Positions 20,480 to 28,304 of a DNA stretch of 42,039 nucleotides are shown in pieces. Each line of letters starts with the position of its first letter. The stretch's first letter is position 1. The stretch is from Candidatus Helarchaeota archaeon (GTDB lineage Archaea > Asgardarchaeota > Lokiarchaeia > Helarchaeales > RDOG01). The notes under the pieces were generated by a model, which made no database searches, had not been told where the DNA came from, and saw nothing but the letters and a program-made list of their open reading frames with translations. Position numbers and translations under genes: made by a program. The stretch spans positions 1-42,039 of the forward strand of contig JALGVI010000047.1 of NCBI GenBank assembly GCA_029838215.1. Direction: 5' to 3'.

Positions 20480-21637
20480 TCACCATCCAAGCTGTTCCCA
20501 CGGTACCAACCATGGGAGGTTTCTATCCTTGATCCCTTGAAAAACATCTTTAAACTCAGGGCTAATTGGACGAATCATGTATAGGGATTTGATTGGCGCA
20601 ACGAAATAGCCGCCGGCTTGGAGAAGATTTTTCACGGGTAAGTCATTTTTAAAAAATAACGTCAAGATCCATCCTGTTCTTAAAATATTGATGGCGATTT
20701 GTTCAAGTTTTCTCAAGATGGCTAAGCCAATACCTTGTCTTCGATGGTTCTTATCAACAAAAATTTCGTGAATGGTTGCAAAACGTGTCTTTTTCTTCGG
20801 ATTTAACATGACAATCGATTTTTTACTGATGGTTCCACCACCCACGATTTGCCCATCCAATCTTGCGATGACGCATAGTCCCTTGTAATCAATTGGGCGA
20901 TTCAGACGCAACCACGTGAAATATTTTCGATCATATGGATGAAAAGAAACTCGTTCTGTATAGCAGCGATTTAGACAATCGATGAATTCATCAGATACGG
21001 CATCCACTATTTGAAATTCTAATTTTTTGGATTTTAAACGCAATCTTGAAAGCGATTTTAAGACTTGTAGCGGATATAAACCCGTAAAAATGGGACTTGC
21101 GATCGTGGCTTCCCGAAAAACATGTGGAACGTGAAGGATTTTAAACCCGAATATCAAGACAATCGAGCGTGAATTCACGTATCCCAAACGTTCATAGACT
21201 CTACGTGCATGATAATTAGGGGCCGCCGTTAGAATGCTTAAATCCGCATTAATTTCATCATCCATGTAATTGATGGCGTTTTGCATCAGCGTTGAACCAA
21301 TTCCACGCTTTTCAAGACCTGGGCAAGTCGCCACTTCATCAATTCCGGCTGCCTTGAACGTTGTTCCATTAAATTGCATCAGGCGAGTAGTGCACAACGT
21401 TGACCCCACGATTTTACCATCGTGTAGAGCGAAAAAATAACCGCGTGGATCATAAAACGGTCTTTTCTCACCATATTTATAATCGAACCACTCCCGAGAC
21501 ATAGGGGAGCCCATGTTATTCACGCGAAATGCAAGATTATAGACCTTTTGAAATTCAAATTTATCACGTTCTGTCAAATATGTTCGATATTGAATTTTCA
21601 AGCACTGAACACCATTTATTATCGATTTGCAAGTCAT
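20480..21637 (-). CDS. Tandem GNAT acetyltransferase
   Basis: Two acetyl-CoA motifs: VATCPGLEKRGIG and VDKNHRRQGIG. Confidence 0.85.
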   Translation of the reverse strand: MTCKSIINGVQCLKIQYRTYLTERDKFEFQKVYNLAFRVNNMGSPMSREWFDYKYGEKRPFYDPRGYFFALHDGKIVGSTLCTTRLMQFNGTTFKAAGIDEVATCPGLEKRGIGSTLMQNAINYMDDEINADLSILTAAPNYHARRVYERLGYVNSRSIVLIFGFKILHVPHVFREATIASPIFTGLYPLQVLKSLSRLRLKSKKLEFQIVDAVSDEFIDCLNRCYTERVSFHPYDRKYFTWLRLNRPIDYKGLCVIARLDGQIVGGGTISKKSIVMLNPKKKTRFATIHEIFVDKNHRRQGIGLAILRKLEQIAINILRTGWILTLFFKNDLPVKNLLQAGGYFVAPIKSLYMIRPISPEFKDVFQGIKDRNLPWLVPWEQLGW

Positions 21638-22398
21638 TCATGTTTTTGAAAATCGTTCAACTTGTCTAACACGCGTTCGGCATTTAATCTTGTTGCCTCT
21701 TCATGATTCAATAATCCTTGCAATCTCTTTACGTGATAATCAGTAAAAAAATACACTGTTTGTTCGAGCATTTCTACTGCGGCTTCACTTACAGTGAATT
21801 CGCCTTCGAGGGTTTCGCCAGCATAAGAATGGTCAGAAAGGTCACCGATCCGGGTCGATATTATGGGATCAAGTAAGTTTTTAATTTTTTCTAATTGCTC
21901 AGTGGACAAATTCGAGTGAAATTGACTTAATAGAGAAATGATCTTCCCTTTCACGCGACCCCTTTGTCGAGGAAACTCAGAAATTAAAAAATCAATGATT
22001 TTTTCGGCAGGAAATGTCCCTAATTTGTCAAATAACACGACACGGACTTGCAAGTCATCATCTTGACTCAATTTTTTGAGGCATTCCAGCACTTCATCAG
22101 TCTTGAATTCAGCCAATCCTTGGATGATACCAAGTCTGGTCTCGCTATCAGAGTAAGAACAAGCCTTTATCAATGGTCTTATCGCCTTTTCATCACCCAA
22201 ATGACCCAATGCTATTGCAGCATATTTTCTAACGTGTGAATCGTCATCATCTAATGTTTTTATTAAGACATCTAAGGACCGCTCGCTTTTTATACCCCCT
22301 AATCTTGTAATTGCCTGAATACGTTCGCTGAAATCCTCTGAATTCAATTTCTCTAAGATCTCGTTGATATCAGTCATAAAAATCCCCGAATTCATCAA
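21634..22398 (-). CDS. HEAT-repeat (PBS-lyase-like) protein
   Basis: Repeats such as VRKYAAIALGHLGDEKAIRPLIKA. Confidence 0.82.
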   Translation of the reverse strand: MMNSGIFMTDINEILEKLNSEDFSERIQAITRLGGIKSERSLDVLIKTLDDDDSHVRKYAAIALGHLGDEKAIRPLIKACSYSDSETRLGIIQGLAEFKTDEVLECLKKLSQDDDLQVRVVLFDKLGTFPAEKIIDFLISEFPRQRGRVKGKIISLLSQFHSNLSTEQLEKIKNLLDPIISTRIGDLSDHSYAGETLEGEFTVSEAAVEMLEQTVYFFTDYHVKRLQGLLNHEEATRLNAERVLDKLNDFQKHE

Positions 22399-22543
22399 TA
22401 GATTAGAAAATTAAAGATCCTAGGTAAAATTTGGAACTGACAGCTTAAAAAAGATTTAGTGACATCTTATAATATCTGCTCGAATTTAGCTTGAAAATTC
22501 TTAAATTTCATCATAATAAACTTGCTGAGGAGTTCGACGATTA

Positions 22544-23749
22544 ATGACACGTGCAAAAATAAACTTGCAGGATGCAAAAATTCTGGTTACAGGAGGAACC
22601 GGTTTTATCGGTAGCCGAGTAATTCGCAAGCTGATTGCAGAAGGCGTTCCTGCACGAAGCATTCGTGTTCTCTATTATCCTGGCTCAATGAAGACAGCAA
22701 TTGAAGATCTTGATGTAGAATTTTTTCCTGCAAACATATTAGACCAAGATCGAGTCGAAGAGGCGGTCAAAGGACGAAATTACGTGTGGCATCTGGTAGG
22801 AAATACTTCATTTGATGGAAAAGCAAAGAAATTTCAATGGTTAATAAATGTTGAGGGAACCAGAAACGTGCTCAATGCATGCCTGAAAGAATCCATCGAG
22901 AAATTGGTATATACCAGCACGTGCAACACGCTTGGCTGTCCTTTTCCCATTGGTAGCTTGGGGGACGAGAAAACAAGTCCTTATATCAGCGAACGACCTG
23001 AAATCGGAAAGGAGGTTCCAAAAAGCCACACGTTTGACTCGCCGGAAGAGGCTCTTGAATTTGCAGATGCCATCCACGAAAATCGGGCATCCAAAAAATG
23101 GTGGAAAAAAATCGGAATAGGATATTTTGATTCAAAATTGGCAGCACAAGAAATTGTCAATAGATACTATAAAGACGAAGGACTTCCCGTAGTGAGCGTA
23201 TTGCCTGGAACAAATTTCGGTCCAGGTGACGAATTCATTGGAAGTGGGCTCTATATTTTGCGAATTCGAAACAATGCCTTGCCGGGCTACACGAAAGGAA
23301 GCGGCAGTCCGCTCGTCCATGTCGATGATCAGGCGACGGGACATTACTTGGCAATGATAAATGGCAAGGTCGGCGAGCGATATTGCATTACGGGTTTCGA
23401 TGAAGACAACCGCACCCAAAAAGACATGTTCGAAATCATTGCAGAAGTAATTCGGGAAAAAGAGCCGAATCGAAAGATAAAAACACCGTCATTAGGGATC
23501 GGGAGAACCATGGGACTCTTTGTTGGAACAATTCTCGATTTCTTCTCGGTATTTCGAAAACAACCTTTTCCGATAGGTCGAGATGCGATCCGAGCAGCAT
23601 GTTTTCTGAGTTTTTATTCTTGTGCAAAAGCACGTAAAGAAATTAAATATTCTCCTTCAAAATCGTTCAGGCAAGCCGTTTCGGAAATGTACGACTATTA
23701 TAAAGAAAGGGGGTATTTAGACATCACGGACAGACGTGAACTGGTCTAA
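22544..23749 (+). CDS. Extended SDR, NAD-dependent epimerase/dehydratase (HpnA/3-beta-HSD-like)
   Basis: VTGGTGFIG, NVEGTRNVL, YTST, YFDSK, VHVDD. Confidence 0.88.
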   Translation: MTRAKINLQDAKILVTGGTGFIGSRVIRKLIAEGVPARSIRVLYYPGSMKTAIEDLDVEFFPANILDQDRVEEAVKGRNYVWHLVGNTSFDGKAKKFQWLINVEGTRNVLNACLKESIEKLVYTSTCNTLGCPFPIGSLGDEKTSPYISERPEIGKEVPKSHTFDSPEEALEFADAIHENRASKKWWKKIGIGYFDSKLAAQEIVNRYYKDEGLPVVSVLPGTNFGPGDEFIGSGLYILRIRNNALPGYTKGSGSPLVHVDDQATGHYLAMINGKVGERYCITGFDEDNRTQKDMFEIIAEVIREKEPNRKIKTPSLGIGRTMGLFVGTILDFFSVFRKQPFPIGRDAIRAACFLSFYSCAKARKEIKYSPSKSFRQAVSEMYDYYKERGYLDITDRRELV

Positions 23750-23765
23750 TTCGGTTGGTAATCTC

Positions 23766-24695
23766 ATGACAGGAATAATCGAATACGGAATAGGGATAAC
23801 GTTTGCGATACTAGCGGGAATAGTCAACAATTTCGGTCTGATATTGCAAAAAAGAGTAGTAAATTCAATTTCCGAAGATCAGAAATTCGGAAAGCAGCTC
23901 GTGAAAAGCCCCCTTTGGATTTTTGGCTTGGGGATGGAATTAGTTTTCGGTTCCATATTTTTCTTCATTTCTGAACTCCTAATAGGTCCCGTGCTCCCAC
24001 CGGGATTGATGGCAACAGGCCTCATCGTTCTCGCACTCGGATCTTCACGATTAAATAAAGAACGGTTGAAAAGATCGGAGTGGCTCGGCATGTGTTTGAT
24101 GATTCTTGCGATTTTTCTCTTGGCTTTTACGGGAATGTCCGTTGGAAGTGAAATCATCAGTTCTTTATTACTGACGGATCTCGCATTTCTCCCAAGAGTC
24201 ATCATTTTCACGATAATTCTCGTGATAATCGCATTATCTTGTCATGTTTTAAGTATAAAAAGCAAGAGATTTCGAGGAATGGCATTGGCAGTTTTCTCAG
24301 GTTTGATGTTCGCAATCTCGAATTTTTGGGTTGGGATTTTCACGGCAGTTCTGACGATTCTTCTGACTCCAATCGGAATCATCATGTTCATAACTTGTTG
24401 CATCGTCCTGATAATGACTAATTATTTGGGAATTTTTAAAATTCAACAGGCTTTTCAGCACGGACAAGCAAGCAATCTCATACCGGTTCAACAGGTTTCC
24501 ATACAAGTAATGCCAATCCCGTATTTCACCGTGATTATCTTGTTAAACATGGTGCTCTTGATAAATTTCATTACAAATCCATATACCCCAATATCAATAC
24601 TTCTACTCGTTTCAGGAATCGCTCTAATAATTGCCGGCTCATTTTTACTTGGAAGGATACAAGCGAAGATGGAGAAGGAAGCAGAAAAGAAATGA
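23766..24695 (+). CDS. DMT-superfamily (NIPA-like) membrane transporter
   Basis: About 9 TM segments; N-terminal GITFAILAGIVNNFGLILQKR. Confidence 0.65.
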   Translation: MTGIIEYGIGITFAILAGIVNNFGLILQKRVVNSISEDQKFGKQLVKSPLWIFGLGMELVFGSIFFFISELLIGPVLPPGLMATGLIVLALGSSRLNKERLKRSEWLGMCLMILAIFLLAFTGMSVGSEIISSLLLTDLAFLPRVIIFTIILVIIALSCHVLSIKSKRFRGMALAVFSGLMFAISNFWVGIFTAVLTILLTPIGIIMFITCCIVLIMTNYLGIFKIQQAFQHGQASNLIPVQQVSIQVMPIPYFTVIILLNMVLLINFITNPYTPISILLLVSGIALIIAGSFLLGRIQAKMEKEAEKK

Positions 24696-24919
24696 TGCCT
24701 TTGGGATGAGCCATCCTTTCGCTAATTTTCCATTGAACTTTCCAATTTTTTCCTAATTATTGGGATTAAATGAAAAATAAGCATTTTGTCGGCTAAGATT
24801 TCCGATTTTTTGAGAATTCGTTTTTAAATTCGAAATCTTTAAATAGTTGCGGCTGTGCTATAGTAATACAGTAACACGAAGAATGTGTTCAAAATTGAAA
24901 AAATGAAGGTGTTTCAAAA

Positions 24920-25288
24920 ATGGAAGATTTCGATAATGATTTGGACATGGATTTTGATGATGAAGCCCCCATCGTTTCCAAAACGCCAAAAGGTCCCGCG
25001 GCAAATGCAAAAAAGCCACATGAAGCCGAACTTGGAGACCCCTTAAACATTTACTTTAAAACCACAGTTGGTCCAGGCGAAAAAACTCAAAAATTAGTCG
25101 TAAATGAGAAAGCCCCGATATCAGAAGTGAAATACACCTGCGGACAAATCTTTTCACTTGATCCTCAGGATTTTCATTTTTCTGCCGGCGGCATTACGAT
25201 GGAAGAAACAAAAAACTTTGCTGATTATGGCGTAAAGAACGATGAAACCATCTTATTGATCCCCACCAGTACTGCCGGGGGTTTCTAA
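24920..25288 (+). CDS. Ubiquitin-like modifier with acidic/flexible N-terminal extension, C-terminus GG-F
   Basis: NIYFKT...ISEVK...GITMEETKNFADYGVKNDETILLI aligns with ubiquitin QIFVKT...IENVK...[24 protein letters not shown]; ends TAGGF; first gene of the E1/E2/JAMM/RING cluster. Confidence 0.88.
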   Translation: MEDFDNDLDMDFDDEAPIVSKTPKGPAANAKKPHEAELGDPLNIYFKTTVGPGEKTQKLVVNEKAPISEVKYTCGQIFSLDPQDFHFSAGGITMEETKNFADYGVKNDETILLIPTSTAGGF

Positions 25289-25314
25289 TTCCACTTTTTT
25301 TTTGAGGTGAAATC

Positions 25315-25488
25315 ATGGCAGTTAATACCGAACTCCCAAAGTTTGAAGATATCTGGACTCCCATCCACCCAACGGATGAATACAATAGCTTAAAAGAAGA
25401 ATGGGAAGAAGCTCAGAACTGGGTTCGGGATCTAATTGCCAAATGTGAAAAAAAATGTTTAAAAAATTCAGATATTCAAGCATCATGA
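25315..25488 (+). CDS. 57-aa orphan protein within the Ubl operon (below ORF-track cutoff)
   Basis: GAGGTGA RBS at 25304-25310; MAVNTELPKFEDIWTPIHPTDEYNSLKEEWEEAQNWVRDLIAKCEKKCLKNSDIQAS; fills the Ubl-E1 gap. Confidence 0.72.
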   Translation: MAVNTELPKFEDIWTPIHPTDEYNSLKEEWEEAQNWVRDLIAKCEKKCLKNSDIQAS

Positions 25489-25515
25489 TCATTAAAAATT
25501 CAGGCGTGAGTCAAG

Positions 25516-26718
25516 ATGAAGACAAAATCTAATTTCTTTTCCAAGTCCTTGAATAAAAAAGAACGGATTCTTTATGATCGACAATTCCGTTTGACCAATT
25601 GGGATCAAGAATTCATAAAAAAATCCAAAGTGCTCATCGTGGGCGTTGGTGGACTTGGTTGTGAGATTGCGAAGAATTTGGCCATGCTTGGAGTTAACAT
25701 GTATCTTTTAGATTTAGACACGATCGAACATACAAATCTAAATCGACAAGTTTTATTCTCACGTGCGTCGGTTGGACAACCAAAAGCACGGGTAGCAGCA
25801 AAATTCATCAAGAAACACATTAATCCAAACGTGCACGTGCGAGGCATTTACGATTCTCTTGAAAAAGTCAATCCCGTATTGTACGAAAAAGTCGATTTGG
25901 TCGTTTCAGGCTTGGATTCCATGAATGCTCGCCTCATCTTGAATAATATTTGCATTCAAAATGGTAAAATCCTTGTAGACGGTGGCACGAAAAATTACCA
26001 CGGACACGTTTATTCAGTCTTTCCAGGAAAAAACGCTTGCCTTGAATGTTATCCCGTTACTGTTCAAGATGACAATGACATGGATGCATGTACCGTTGTA
26101 GGCGAACCTCGTAAGCGAAATCATTGTGCCTTAAAAGCCATGATGAAATTCAAGGAACTCACGAATCGAGATCCAAATGTTGAAAAAATGCGAGAACTTC
26201 AATGGATATTGAAACAAGCCAATGCTTGGTGCAAGCAGTATAACTGGGAATTCTTTACATTAGATGAGATAATTCATTTAATTGATGTTCACGAACCAGC
26301 TATCATTACGATTAATAGCGTCATTGCAGCAATTCAAAGTCATGAAGTAGTCAAAATACTGCATTGGTTAAACGAACCAAACAATGAAAGAAATTTGGGT
26401 CCTCCATTAATGCAATATTTAATCTATAATGGAATGACGGGTAGTTTCTATGCACTGGAAAAGAAGAGAAATCCAGAATGCATGGTTTGTGGCCCCAACG
26501 CAAAGCGCATTCAATTGAAAATGTCCACGCATGAACCCATCCAAAATATCGTTAAAAAATTACAGAAGAAAGGTCTTCCCGTATCCGAATATTCAAGCGT
26601 TGCCAATACATCCCTTGAAATTCTTGATCTGCGGCAACGACTCGCGGATGCGGGAATCATGAATAATTCCCTATTATTTGTTGATGATATTAATGTTTTA
26701 ATAAAAATTAGAGGTTGA
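25516..26718 (+). CDS. E1 ubiquitin-like activating enzyme (UBA3/UBA2-like)
   Basis: YDRQ, GVGGLG, NLNRQ, GLDS..AR, DGGT, Zn CLEC/CMVC, catalytic ACTVVGEPRKRNHC with helical insert, PAIITINSVIAA, ~75-aa C-terminal domain. Confidence 0.93.
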   Translation: MKTKSNFFSKSLNKKERILYDRQFRLTNWDQEFIKKSKVLIVGVGGLGCEIAKNLAMLGVNMYLLDLDTIEHTNLNRQVLFSRASVGQPKARVAAKFIKKHINPNVHVRGIYDSLEKVNPVLYEKVDLVVSGLDSMNARLILNNICIQNGKILVDGGTKNYHGHVYSVFPGKNACLECYPVTVQDDNDMDACTVVGEPRKRNHCALKAMMKFKELTNRDPNVEKMRELQWILKQANAWCKQYNWEFFTLDEIIHLIDVHEPAIITINSVIAAIQSHEVVKILHWLNEPNNERNLGPPLMQYLIYNGMTGSFYALEKKRNPECMVCGPNAKRIQLKMSTHEPIQNIVKKLQKKGLPVSEYSSVANTSLEILDLRQRLADAGIMNNSLLFVDDINVLIKIRG

Positions 26719-26723
26719 TTAGC

Positions 26724-27002
26724 ATGGTTTATAAAAATAAGAGAAAAGTTTTGAACGAAATAGAACGCGCAGTTAAACTATTGTATGTAAATGGTCACAA
26801 GACGAAAGATTGGAAAAAGAACAGGAAAAACATCCAAGAATTCGTTGGAAATTACCTGCAACGTCATGACTTCAAACCGGAGAAAATCATCACGGAAATT
26901 CGAAAAGACGGCGTTGAAATTCACATCCACGATCTCAAGCGTGTTTCGCGACCCACTTTATTCAATCAATTGACTAAAGCAATTTTTGCTTCAACAACAT
27001 GA
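26724..27002 (+). CDS. Basic ~92-aa orphan protein within the Ubl operon
   Basis: GAGGT RBS overlapping the E1 stop; ATG 26724 (alternative TTG 26715). Confidence 0.72.
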   Translation: MVYKNKRKVLNEIERAVKLLYVNGHKTKDWKKNRKNIQEFVGNYLQRHDFKPEKIITEIRKDGVEIHIHDLKRVSRPTLFNQLTKAIFASTT

Positions 27003-27017
27003 AAGGAGTTGGTTTGA

Positions 27018-27548
27018 GTGAGCCTGAGAAGTAAACGAATCATTCAAGAATTTAACATGTTAAAAGAAATGTATCGAGCAAAAAAAATTCGACAGCTTAA
27101 ATCGGCAAATGGCAATAAAAAAAATATTGAACACTTGAAAATCCTCTTGGTCGGTCCAAAAAACACACCTTATCAAGGTGGTTTGTTTAAATTAGAAGTC
27201 CGCTTCCCCAAAAGCTATCCAATGGAGCCTCCATTCGTAAGATTACATACGCCAATTTGGCATCCAAATTTTTGGCCAGACCCAAAAGAATTTCCAGGAA
27301 GAAGGAACATTTGCTTGGACCTCGTAAATCCATCGAAAAAAGGAAATGGAGGAGGATGGACTCCCAGTAAATCCATTTCGACAGTAATCAACAGCATCTA
27401 TATGATGCTGGATACTAGAGGTGCATTCGTTAATCCCACGGACGTGTATAACAAAAAAGCAGGACTAGAACTCATGAAAAATCGTAAGGCTTTCGAAAAG
27501 AAAGCACGAACCATCACGAAAAAATACGCTCGGGAAAAGTGGAACTGA
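27018..27548 (+). CDS. E2 ubiquitin-conjugating enzyme
   Basis: KRIIQEF, GPKNTPYQGGLF, FPKSYPMEPP, WHPN, catalytic ICLD, WTPS. Confidence 0.96.
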   Translation: MSLRSKRIIQEFNMLKEMYRAKKIRQLKSANGNKKNIEHLKILLVGPKNTPYQGGLFKLEVRFPKSYPMEPPFVRLHTPIWHPNFWPDPKEFPGRRNICLDLVNPSKKGNGGGWTPSKSISTVINSIYMMLDTRGAFVNPTDVYNKKAGLELMKNRKAFEKKARTITKKYAREKWN

Positions 27549-27558
27549 GGTCATTTTA

Positions 27559-28278
27559 GTGACTAATAGCTCTTCAAATCCCACTGAAAGGAATACGGAA
27601 TTTATCAGCATTTCAAAAAAAGTCCTTAATGACATTTGTGCTTTTATTAGCTTCTTGGAAGAAGAACATCAAGTAAGAACCACGCCAAAGATACCCCAGA
27701 CGACAAAAAAAACGGAAATCCAAACCAGAGAAGTGAGTGATGTTTTCATTTCTTCTAAAGCATTGTTGAAACTTGCAACGCACGCCATCAAATATGCAAA
27801 TTATAAAAGAAACGTATGGGTTGAAGTTATTGGGTTATTGGCAGGAAACGAAAAGAATGGCAAGATGTTCATTAATGATGCATACCCAATGGGATCTGGT
27901 AACGCAATCTCCGTGAAAATTAAGAATCCCAGCAACTATTTAAAGGTATGGAACAAGATCCGAAAAAAAGGCGATTATATCGTGGGATGGTACCATTCTC
28001 ATCCTGGATACGATCTTTTCATGAGCATGGAAGACGTGAACACGCAACGTCGCTATCAAGCATTTTATGAAAAAAGCATTGCATTAGTATTTGACCCCAC
28101 ATTAGTGAATGGCAAGTCTTGGGGATTTAAAATCTTTAGATTGAAAAGCATAAACAAGACAGTATGGCATGAAGTATCGTGCACGGTCGAAGATGGATGG
28201 ACTCCAAAAATATTTCCAAATTTGCTCCGATTCATCGATTCCAATTCATTAAACGATTTTGTCGAACATGACAGGTGA
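27559..28278 (+). CDS. JAMM/MPN+ metalloprotease (Rpn11/CSN5-like)
   Basis: ALLKLATHA, EVIGLL, GWYHSHPGYDLFMSMEDV (H-x-H-x7-S-x2-D), LVFDP. Confidence 0.95.
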   Translation: MTNSSSNPTERNTEFISISKKVLNDICAFISFLEEEHQVRTTPKIPQTTKKTEIQTREVSDVFISSKALLKLATHAIKYANYKRNVWVEVIGLLAGNEKNGKMFINDAYPMGSGNAISVKIKNPSNYLKVWNKIRKKGDYIVGWYHSHPGYDLFMSMEDVNTQRRYQAFYEKSIALVFDPTLVNGKSWGFKIFRLKSINKTVWHEVSCTVEDGWTPKIFPNLLRFIDSNSLNDFVEHDR

Positions 28279-28304
28279 AAAATGCGCGTGAATGAAAATG
28301 AGAG

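Noticed and set aside
8363-22514. Minus-strand ATGATGA as C boxes of further sRNAs
   Set aside because: No CTGA D box at a suitable distance and no terminal stem
24703-24719. GGATG-AGC-CATCC hairpin as terminator before the Ubl operon
   Set aside because: Only 5 bp with a 3-nt loop and a short T tract; too weak to call
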